This document shows positions 25,835 to 35,807 of a stretch of 64,000 bases of DNA, one piece after another (position 1 is the stretch's first letter; the number at the start of each line of letters is the position of its first letter). Location: NCBI RefSeq assembly GCF_006345805.1, contig NC_043010.1, positions 3,782,001 through 3,846,000 on the forward strand, given 5' to 3'. The notes beneath the pieces are model-generated. The model saw only the letters and a program-made list of their open reading frames with translations. It was not told the DNA's origin and searched no databases. The DNA comes from Octopus sinensis (lineage: Eukaryota). The translations under genes and the position numbers were made by a program.

Positions 25835-26437
25835 AGACAAGCACTTCACTAAAAGATAATAGATATGAACCTTACATAATGGTTCCAATTTGCATACAAA
25901 TTTAGACAGATATAAGACTGTCTATGTGAAATATGATATATGTTCATATACACATATTATGTGTGTATAGCTATGTTTGTATGTGTGTATATGTGTGAAA
26001 AGAAGAAATGTTAAAATGACACATACCTTTGAATTTAAGATTTTTCTCACTTTGTCTATATTTTGTCTTTCAGTTGGTTGAGTACAGGAACTTTCAGGTA
26101 TATCCAAGTTTATTGTTTGTTTAGCAAAAGAATTTATATTCATTGTCTCACTATTTTGCAATAAGTGTCTTTGAAGATTTGTTATTGAACTATATATGTG
26201 TTGTGTGTGTTTATGTTTGTGTGCATATATGTATGCGTATGCATGTATATATGTATATTCTAGGGGAAATAGATTTAGAATACTATATTCATTGCTTTGT
26301 ATTTACTTGTGTTGATCACGTGAAAAATCCATCACTTTAATTATGGTAAATATAGAAGTTTGGTTTTTATCAAATTCTCTTGTATTGTGATTCATTGAAA
26401 TTGTACATAAGTATGTTCGGATTTATGATTTTAGAGT

Positions 26438-26443
26438 TTTATT
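26438..26443 (-). promoter_or_regulatory. Candidate poly(A) signal AATAAA downstream of the Pcdh stop
   Basis: AATAAA about 215 nt after the stop codon. The hexamer is common in AT-rich DNA and the real 3'UTR may be much longer. Confidence 0.25.
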
Positions 26444-26655
26444 AAATTCAGTATTATGGCATCCAAGTGGTTTTATCTTATTGAAAATTCTGGGTGTCAT
26501 TATTCTCGTTTGATCAACAAACTCTTTCTTGATATTTTTGAAGCATTATGGTTTTAAAATTAGTTTTCAATAAAGTTGATTGTATGCAAATTCTTCATTT
26601 TGAAATATTACAAGAATTCACAAAACATTTCTCCAGAAGTTGTAATGTAGCACAT

Positions 26656-26879
26656 TTATGAAAATGGAACTTTCGGTAGAGGTTTGTTATATGCTGTAAA
26701 ACTGTTTCTTGTTGGCAAATTCCAAGGAAGAGGTTGGTTAAGATTAGCTTTATTGTCTACTTGTGTTGACTTTAAGTTTATAATATTTGTGGTTTTAGAA
26801 TCCTTAGCTCTGCTGATAGAATATGGCAAAGACTTATTGCTTCGAGCATACATTTGTTCTTGGATGTAAGTTTTAAGGC
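26656..26879 (-). CDS. Pcdh: Protocadherin probable terminal coding exon 3
   Basis: Long pyrimidine tract tttcttttcatctttcttattcttcctttctctgctgcag|GC. The phase-1 join to exon 2 is in frame with ORF 26853..26656 and gives GLKTYIQEQMYARSNK...NKPLPKVPFS*. No strong internal donor is present. Spliced total is about 932 aa. Confidence 0.8.
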
Positions 26880-27027
26880 CTGCAGCAGAGAAAGGAAGAA
26901 TAAGAAAGATGAAAAGAAATGTTAACTATAATTTTTAACTGTTTTCACCATTTTTATCAGAGAAAATAAATTTGCTATTAAACACGTTATTAGCTGTGAA
27001 TATTTTTGAAATAGTGCAATATATTTC

Positions 27028-27046
27028 AGAGAGAGAGGGAGAGAGA

Positions 27047-27084
<38 letters not shown>

Positions 27085-27129
27085 AAAAGAGAGAGAGAGG
27101 GAGAGAGAGAAAAAGAGAGAGAGAGAGAA

Positions 27130-27172
<43 letters not shown>

Positions 27173-27175
27173 GAG
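27028..27175. repeat. (GA)n tract, read as (UC)n in the Pcdh pre-mRNA
   Basis: Directly visible; ~148 nt upstream of the exon-3 acceptor. Confidence 0.95.
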
Positions 27176-27266
27176 AAGTTGAGATTTGATAAATGGAGAG
27201 ACAAACTGATGGATAGAGAATTGTTACTTCTTTTAATAACGGTGTGCTATGATTGTATAGCTTTAC

Positions 27267-27632
27267 TATAGGCTAGAGTTGTACATGAGACAGCAAGGCC
27301 TAGGGTGGTATTCCCAGTTCATCAGTAATCAATGGCTTAAAGTTCATTAATAGGTCATATCCCTGGTGATGAGAAAAGTTGTCTTTCTTTTTTTGCAGGA
27401 CACTGCAGCTGTGTGAGTGTATGCAGTTTCCCACAGAGGTTAAGTTAACAATTATAAATTCTAGATGAATGAGTAGATACCAGTATCCATCAATAGGGAA
27501 ACTGAACTATCCTTTTGTTACCACCAGAGCTATGGCTTATTAATGAACTTATTAATGAACTTCTTGCCACTGGTGATAACTTGGAAATATCACCCTAGGC
27601 TTTGGTGGCCCATGCAGAATTGCAGAGTATAT
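27267..27632. mobile_element. Fold-back MITE with ~110-bp TIRs (Pcdh intron 2)
   Basis: 27267-27378 is the reverse complement of 27512-27632 (gcctagggtggtattcc / ggaaatatcaccctaggc; aagttcattaatag / ttattaatgaactt). Ends are TA-flanked. Confidence 0.75.
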
Positions 27633-27699
27633 ACTTCCTGTTGTCTCTAGTGAGATTATTACCTATCCGGCATACTGTAATTGTCACATGCTATATCTA

Positions 27700-27932
27700 A
27701 AGGCGGCGAGCTGGCAGAAACGTTAGCACGCCGGGCGAAATGCATTGCCGTATTTCGTCTGCCGTTACGTTCCGAGTTCAAATTCCACCGAGGTCGACTT
27801 TTCCTTTCATCCTTCCGGGGTCGATAAATTAAGTACCAGTTACGCACTGGGGTCGATGTAATCGACTTAATCCGTTTGTCTGTCCCTGTTTGTCTCCTCT
27901 GTGTTTAGCCCCTTGTGGGTAGTAAAGAAATA
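27700..27932 (+). mobile_element. A1 SINE, young
   Basis: Full consensus with CpGs intact. TSD tatatctaaag. Confidence 0.92.
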
Positions 27933-28241
27933 TATATCTAAAGTAAGCTATATCTGGCTATGTCTAAAGTAAGAAGTCATGGAAACAGTTAAGTAATCTG
28001 AAATCATCAAATTGTTTTACATTTCCACGTGGTAATTGTTGATGCTGAAATGTCACAACCTACAGAACGCCAAAACACTGACACCAACAGTCCTGTCTGC
28101 TCTGCAAAGGTGAGCATGTAATAAAAAAAACTGTTGTTGTCAGCTAGCTGAGCACCCACATGAATTGATCAATGATGGTGTGGCTATTCTCACTTACTGA
28201 CTATTATAACTTTCTTTTAAAATCTGTCCATCCTAACTTCA

Positions 28242-28500
28242 CAGCATATATTTTAATGAGCTACTAATAGTTTCATGCAATGAAAAGCATTTTATAACAT
28301 GTCTGGTGCCTTCATGCAATCCTGAGGCTCTGCCCACATAGCATCACAACTTAAAACAGGACAATAGGATATGTTTTAACTTGTTATGTCATGTGGGCAG
28401 AACCCAAAGATTGCGTGAAGGCATCAGATGTGCCATAAAATGCTGTCTGAGTTGCTTTTCTTTGCATGAAATTATTTGTAACTCATAGAAATATATACTG
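28242..28500. mobile_element. Palindromic Tc1/mariner-type MITE (Pcdh intron 2)
   Basis: Arms 28242-28358 and 28372-28500 are ~82% identical (21 mismatches in 117 nt plus a 12-nt indel), with a 13-nt loop. Termini CAG...CTG|TA. Confidence 0.82.
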
Positions 28501-28553
28501 TATTTATTAAATATTTATCTCTCATCAGATGGAGTACTTTTTTGTTGATCTTA

Positions 28554-28594
<41 letters not shown>

Positions 28595-28595
<1 letters not shown>

Positions 28596-29376
28596 TACTG
28601 TGCAAAAAGTCTTCGACCACTTTAAACTATTAGAAATTTCTACTAACTGCCAACTTATAAGTGGATGTTTTGCATTGCATTTTTTACACATGAAACATCG
28701 GCCCTATTGGAGGTATTTCCATACCTAATTATTATATTTTGTCATAAGGGTTCAGAATGAGAAGGGAAGATGTAAGAGACCACTAAAAATGGCTGTGCAA
28801 AAGTTTTCGGCCACCTCACATAAACCAGTCATGATGCAGTGTTTTAAAGCATGAAAAATGTCTAAAATGAAAGTTTATTCCATAATGTTCATTTCAAGAA
28901 GTTACTGTACATTGTTAATATTTCGTGTGGCTTCCCTTAGTTTAAATGATTGCTTTAACGTGCCTGGGAAGAGATGAGTACAAATCCTTCACCATCTTCA
29001 CAAGTATTGAGATGCCATTCTCTGTACCTGTGCTCCCACAACTCTTCAAGATTGCATGGATTCTTTGGACAAACTCTTCTCTTTAGTTCTGTCCACATTT
29101 GCTCAATGATATTTAAGTCAGAGCTCTGAGCTGGCCAATCTTATCCGGTAACTCCTTCACCAGCCAGACACTGTTGTGTTGCACATGATTTGTGGCAGGG
29201 AGCACCGTCATGCTGAAAGATCTCACCTTCATCCAAGTCTGGTATCAAATTGTCCTTCAGCAACTTGATGTATTTGACACTATTCAAATTACTTTTTTGA
29301 TCCATCACTTTTTATGTGTCCCCAAAGCATCAGACTCTTACCCCCAAACTTCACTGTTTTCGTTGTGTAATGTGGG
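28595..29376 (-). mobile_element. Tc1 (DD34E) 3' fragment with an IR/DR-type terminal repeat
   Basis: Minus strand gives FQHDGAPCH...WPAQSSDLNIIEQMW...LYSSLPRHVKAII*TKGSHTKY* (stop ~28915). The TIR has direct repeats ctgtgcaaaaagtcttcgaccact (28598) and ctgtgcaaaagttttcggccacct (28793) next to (TA)n. Confidence 0.9.
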
Positions 29377-29399
29377 TCATTGCTTAGAAAACAAAACAA

Positions 29400-29661
29400 C
29401 CCATGTTACACAATGAAATCAGTGAAGTTAGTGGGTAAGAGTCTGATGTTTTGTAGATACATAAAAAGTGCTGGTTCAAGAAAGTTGGTTAAAATTGATG
29501 GTAACTTGAATAGTGCCAAATACATCCAGTTGCTGAAGGACAATTTGATACCAAACTTGGATGAAGGTGAGATCTTTCAGCATGATGGTGCTCTACATCT
29601 CAGATTGTTTGCAACACAACAGAGTCTGGCTGATGAAGGAGTTACTGGATAAGATTGGCCA
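29400..29661 (+). mobile_element. Second, inverted copy of the same Tc1 transposase segment
   Basis: ORF 29380: ...KIDGNLNSAKYIQLLKDNLIPNLDEGEIFQHDGA... The nucleotide sequence is the reverse complement of 29132-29376. Confidence 0.9.
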
Positions 29662-29993
29662 TAAACAGTGAGGATGACATTGCAAAGGCTGGAGTAGTTT
29701 GAATGAAAAATTATGCCCCATCCACCATATTTGCCAGACATTACCCCATCTAATTATCATTTATTCTGCAGTTTTCAAAATCATTTGGATAGAAAAAATA
29801 TGAATTCTGTAGACGAGGGTAGAACAGTACTGGAGGAGTATTTTTCATCATAGACAAGTGAATTTTAGATGGAAGAGTATTGTAGAAAATGAAGGAGAGT
29901 ATGTTTTAGATTAAAAAAGAACTTTGCTTATCTTAATATTGAAAAATAAAGGTTGTATAAAAAAAACTGCATTATTTATGGGATGACCCAATA
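29662..29993 (+). mobile_element. mariner (DD34D) 3' fragment with right TIR
   Basis: MPHPPYLPDITPSNYHLFCSFQNHL (= HPPYSPDLAPSDYHLF)...WKSIVENEGEY. Ends ...gcattatttatgggatgacccaaTA. Confidence 0.88.
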
Positions 29994-31287
29994 CAAATTT
30001 TATTGACAATTTTATTTCAGAATAGATATCTAACTGAAATTAAGAACCAACTAGATAATTAATCAATAATTAATTAAATGATGATGATGATTAAGTCAGG
30101 CTTGATCACAAGTCACAATTATATATTTAAACTTAATATGAACACAGATAGAAAGAACAGAATAAGAAAGGCAAAGGATTAAACATCGGAATAATGTGAT
30201 AGGCAAGAAATACAAGAACGTAGTATCCATGAGGAATGTTTAAGCTACCAGATAATTAATGTATATAAAATGAAATAAGATATTTTCAGATAAATGAGGA
30301 GAAAACAAATTATTTGTACCATTGCATGAGCAAAAAGGAAGAAATGAAAGAAATGCTTAATTTCTTGAACATGAATACATGCACAGTAAAGGCAGTAATG
30401 AAAGGAAGATACTAATGTTTTGTAGAGAGTATTCTCAATTAGACAAGAGCCAGTTTCGAAAAACCAATTAAAATTTCATTCAGTAGAACTGTACAACTCA
30501 TAGATTAAATGTGACAGTGTAGCAGCCTCATTTGTATCCTGCCACCCCAAGTAACTATTATTCACTTTGTATTGCTATCAATGAGACGCACTTGAAGAAT
30601 TTGTTTTCTTTTGCAATGTATTCTTTTCTTTTATCGCTTTATCATTTGGAATTTGAAATAAGAGTTCTCATAGGTGTTGCAAGGCTCAATTACTGAGGCG
30701 TGAAATCACACTTTGTGTTCATTCAATTGCTTTCCTTTGTAACAGTCCAATTAATCTCCCATTTAATGCTAAAATTAATCAAGTCATTTAAGGGGAAACT
30801 TTCAATTTAATATCTTTTAATAGATTTGCTTCTCTTGGAAGAAGAGATCTAATTGCGAATTCCAACTTTTGGTTCTTAAATTAAATACATTAAGAAATGT
30901 AAGAAATCAATTTAACTGCATTGATAATGTCCTTGGGAAGTGTATAAAGATTGCAACATCCCATTTCCCCACTCCTAAAACGCATAAGTTTGCTATGCTT
31001 AAAAAACAACAACAAAAAACAAAAACAAACAAAAAAAGAAAATAAATGAAAAACTCAACCAATATTTTATTTATGTTATGCATAGTCAGTGGTTAAACTG
31101 CATCAGAAAGTTGATATCTGCTACCAAAGAAAGATACACTGCAGCGATTTTGTTACCTTCCTTCATTTCATGGTAGTATTTAATCCCCAAAGTGCAAGTT
31201 AATGAAGCACTCATCACCTCAACTGTCTCTTTGCTGATAACAGCACTGAACTGCACCCTTCTATTGTACCTATTTATAGTTGATGCA

Positions 31288-31676
31288 GTGGAGGTGCAAT
31301 GGCCCAGTGGTTAGGGCAGCGGACTCGCGGTCATAGGATCGCGGTTTCGATTCCCACACTGGGCGTTGTGAGTGTTTATTGAGCGAAAACATCTAAAGCT
31401 CCACGAGGCTCCGGCAGGGGATGGTGATGATCCCTGCTGTACTCTTTCACCACAACTTTCTCTCACTCTTACTTCCTGTTTCTGTTGTACCTTGTATTTC
31501 AAAGGGCCGGCCTTGTCACTCTCTGTGTCACGCTGAATATCCCCGAGAACTACATTACGGGTACACGTGTCTGTGGAGTGCTCAGCCACTTACATGTTAA
31601 TTTCACGAGCAGGCTGTTCCGTTGATTCGGATCAACCAGAACCCTCATCGTCATAACCGATGGAGTGCTTCCATCC
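31288..31676 (+). mobile_element. tRNA SINE family C, full length, 160 bp into Pcdh intron 2
   Basis: 12-bp TSD atagttgatgca. Near-identical to the reverse complement of 4710-5104. Confidence 0.93.
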
Positions 31677-31834
31677 ATAGTTGATGCAATTGGTTGATAA
31701 AATTTAAACAGCTTTTCCAATCTGAGATCAGTATTTGTAAAAAGAATGCAACTCTCCAATTAGTGCATTGAGGAACATTTTAAACAAAGTCTCTTTTATT
31801 TTTGAAAGCACAAGAATATACAAAAATAACTTAC

Positions 31835-32012
31835 CAGGTAAAGTTTCATAGTGCGCCGTGCTTGCTTCACTGCAGCCATGTCCACTGTCAGTTACAGAAG
31901 ACATCGTTGACATCTCACTGAAACGGTCAGGGGACATAACCATATGTTGTTGATCTTTACCAATAAAACGTGTCACTGAGAATTCTTGAGGGTTACCATG
32001 TACCAAGTTACC
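31835..32012 (-). CDS. Pcdh: Protocadherin coding exon 2 (cytoplasmic, CM1-like motif)
   Basis: Acceptor cttttgttctgattgacacag|GGT is phase 0 and matches exon 1. Donor CCTG|GTAAGT is phase 1. The 178 nt encode GNLVHGNPQEFSVTRFIGKDQQHMVMSPDRFSEMSTMSSVTDSGHGCSEASTAHYETLP. DSGHG resembles the delta-Pcdh CM1 core. Confidence 0.9.
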
Positions 32013-32254
32013 CTGTGTCAATCAGAACAAAAGTCGATTTCTTTTGAGAAAAAAACAAACTCAATAATTATATAGAGAATACTTTAGATGACTTAGCAAA
32101 TCCCAATATATGTTAACGACCTGCATGAGTTAGACACAGTAAAGCTGGTTTTAAACTTAGACCATGAAAAGATGTTACTAAATAGCCCTAACCCTGTGGG
32201 TTTCAAGAAACTTGAAATATGAAAACAGAAATCATCAATTATATATCATATATC

Positions 32255-32417
32255 AGGCGCAGGAGTGGCTGTGTGGTAAGTAGCTTGCTAACCAACCACA
32301 TGGTTCCGGGTTCAGTCCCACTGCGTGGCATCTGGGGCAAGTGTCTTCTGCTATAGCCCCAGGCCGACCAATGCCTTGTGAGTGGATTTGGTAGACGGAA
32401 ACTGAAAGAAGCCTGTC

Positions 32418-32469
<52 letters not shown>

Positions 32470-32690
32470 ATGTGTTTGTGTGTTTGTGTTTGTCCCCCTA
32501 GCATTGCTTGACAACCGATGCTGGTGTGTTTACGTCCCCGTCACTTAGCGGTTCGGCAAAAAGAGACCGATAGAATAAGTACTGGGCTTACAAAGAATAA
32601 GTCCCAGGGTTGATTTGCTCGACTAAAAGGCGGTGCTCCAGCATGGCCGCAGTCAAATGACTGAAACAAGTAAAAAGAGTAAAAAGAGTA
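32255..32690 (+). mobile_element. Family B CORE-type SINE, full length and young (Pcdh intron 1)
   Basis: Intact head aggcgcaggagtggctgtgtggtaag...gggttcagtccc, internal (TA)n(TG)n, tail gtaaaaagagtaaaaagagta. Confidence 0.93.
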
Positions 32691-33169
32691 AACACTGAAA
32701 CTGTGTATTAAAACAAAGCTCAAAGGTGTATAAAACATTAAAAAAAACAAAAAGAAGTAATTATCAGTGTCTTTTTCTACTTACTGCTCTCTAAGTTAAA
32801 AATCTGTTACATATTTGACTAGTTTTAATATAAGAAAAAGAATTACACTTTGGCCATTGTAGAAATATTAATTCAACTGAACATTATATTTCAGTAAATG
32901 AGAAATATCGCTGGTTTTATATCTACACTGTCCCTCTTGGCATGGGTTAGACAAGACTTGTTGATGCAATATTCTGCAGCCAGATGCCTTCCTTTCTTGT
33001 TTTACAGTTAAGGTATTTATTCCCATGCTTTTCCATACAGAGTGACTCAATGGCTAGACCTGTTTTAATAGCAAGTGTAAACAATGTCTCTGATTATGTA
33101 GTGGTATTGAATTATGCTTTAAGTGCATAAAAAATGCCAGGACATAGGAAGACATGATCACATGTTCAC

Positions 33170-34395
33170 ATGTGGTAGGCTTTAACACAGTTTTCATCTA
33201 CTAAATTTCATTCATTAAACATTGGTCAACCTGAGGCTATAGTAAATGGCACTTGCCCATGGTGCCATGTAGCAGGGATGAACCTGAAACAATATGATTT
33301 CGAAGCCACCTGCTTAACCACACAGTCATGTCTGAACTTGAAATACCTTTAAAAAAAATTCAACAAACCACTGTTACTTATTCAAATAATCATCTTAGAT
33401 TAATTGGCCTCTCTGAAGTGGCACCACTTGCCATATAAATAATCAGTAAATCTTATTCAATTCACACACTGCTGTTGAAGGAAATGAAGGACACATTGTT
33501 TAATGTAATCTGAAATATATTATGTCTGCAAAAAGATAGGGTGGTGTACTGGAATGATTTTCATCACAGGTATTCTCATCAGGATTGATAATGGGCTAAA
33601 TAAACAACTTTTTAAAATATAAAGTTTAAAAATTACTTTCTCATGATAATTTTTGAATATTTTAAAAGATTTATGAAATAAGCTATGCACAAATGCTTCT
33701 TTCTTTCTAACTAATAAATACAATATTTTAATTAATTCACACATTTGTTTTCTTGGGATTTGCCTTGCATTTACTTCGCATTGTTCTGGCCTTACCCACG
33801 ATCCTTTATACAATATTTAATCTTCTCCATACCAATAACTTCCAATGATCAAAAATCTTAATATATAATTATAGTTCAGTCCACATACACCCAGCCTGTA
33901 TTTCAAAATGGATCTCTTGAAGCATATAAATCTTCTGTCTACACTGCACACATTTTCCTGTTTTTAAACAAACATTTTCAATCTTCATACAATGTCACAC
34001 TACCTTTATTTAATACTAATTTAATTATTTAGGTAGTATATATACATTCTTTTATTCTATTACTCTTTTACTGGTTTCAGTCATTTGACTGTGGCCAGGC
34101 TGGAATACTGCCCAGTACTTATTTATTGTTCCCTTTTGCTGAACTGTTAAGTTATGGGGATAAACACACCAAAATTGGTCATCAAGCAATAGTAGGGGAA
34201 CAAAAACAGACACATAAAAACATGCATATATATATACGACAGGCTTCTTTCAGTTTCTGTCTACCAAATCTACTCACAAGGCTTTGGTCAGCCCGAGGCT
34301 ATAGTAGAAAACACTTGCCCAAAGTGCCATGCAGTGGGACTGAACCCAGAACCATATGGTTGGGAAGCAAACTTCTTACCACACAGCCATCACTG
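33170..34395 (-). mobile_element. Two diverged family B SINE copies (33170-33335, 34055-34395) in Pcdh intron 1
   Basis: Reverse-complement B motifs (cacttgccc, ggactgaacccagaacc, gacaggcttctttcagtttc). Confidence 0.78.
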
Positions 34396-35807
34396 TACCT
34401 CACATACTCATATTAAAAAAAAAACAAAAAAGAGGTAAAATATAAACATCAAACTGTCTCTCATCATTATAGCATCCAGAAAACAAGACTTTGGTAAGAA
34501 ATTTTTGAAGAAATTTTTTCTCAAATCCTCATTATCCTTTTTCTGTTTTTCAATATGATTTTAAGATTAAGAAAGAAATGAATGTTTCTGATACATCTTT
34601 AATGTGCATATAGGTTTGAAGCTGGTGTACTTCAACACCAAATGCATTTTCTAATGCTATAACCACTCAACTTACAGCTATAGACATAAAATAATGCCAC
34701 TAGCAAGACTTAATTTCTTGGTTTTTTCATTTAGGTTCCTAAATACTATTTCCTTTAAATCTTTATATTTTTTAAGACTGTTGTATGAAATTAAGTACAC
34801 TCTGAAATGGTTTTAAATATGGAACATTTGTAGATACCATTTCCTTTTGCTTCTAATTAGTCGATATACTAGAATTATGCATTTCACTGTGCAGCTTTTC
34901 CATCTAATTTTCCTCTCATCATCATAATCTGTGTTGAATATTATTCCTTATTATCTGTAATTTTCATCATTTATCAACAGCCATTTTACTTTTACTATTC
35001 AATATTGATTTCTAACATAAGCATCAAGCCTCACATTTAGGGAGTGGTGTATTTACTATTTAATGTTTAACAAAAATTTGTTCATCAAAAAGCATTTTTC
35101 TATTTTAAAATAATTAATTATATTTAATTATCTATGTCACTTGGCTTTTCATGCTATTGTCTAGCTATCTGGTGAATTACTTGATGTTTTCGTTTTTGAA
35201 AATTCTAAAAGCATTCTATACAGCCATACTTTTATAAAAGCTGTTCTGTTACATCAAATATGTTTTATTTTCAAATAAAATAAAATGTTATTATAATATT
35301 CTTTTGAAATAAATTGAAAATGAATCTATTAATGAACTATCTGTGATATAAAACAGTCATTCTGAAACACAGAAATGTACATAGTGAAAAGTAGGGCATA
35401 TATCCCTATCCACTTTATAGTATCAGCATATTATAGCATTATCTTTTTATATGAACAGTTATTATTATCAAATTGTTCTCTGGGGAAATGTTAATTTCTG
35501 TTATATTCTCCACTCCTTTGTAAATCTGCTGTAGCTATTTGTTTCCCATCTGTCACATTCGGAGCTGATTCTTCAGCCAATATACTGATCAGCTGAATGA
35601 TATATTAAGCACACCATCATTTCCACTGAAATAATTCCCTAATGGTTTATTAATTTTTTCCTCTCCAGAAGTTATTAATCCAGAAACAAACTCATGAATT
35701 TTTAATGCCCCAAGCAAATAAAGGTCTTCAAATATTTTATGAAATCTACAAGGAAATATTCTAAAGTGGATAAATTATTAATATAAAGTAATTTTAAATG
35801 TGCTTAC

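Noticed and set aside
26050-28110. Identical heptapeptide QPTERQN at 26050-26075 (-) and 28055-28075 (+), differing mainly at synonymous positions; the second is followed by AAG|GTGAGC
   Set aside because: Tens of 7-aa matches are expected among six-frame pairs in 64 kb. The flanks do not align and no acceptor or ORF supports the plus-strand copy. Revisit only if exon 3b is confirmed.
35790-35807. VSTFK in the read-through tail resembling a WIRS motif
   Set aside because: Partly dictated by the GTAAG donor consensus. Val is a poor first residue and the vertebrate-like FGK context is absent.
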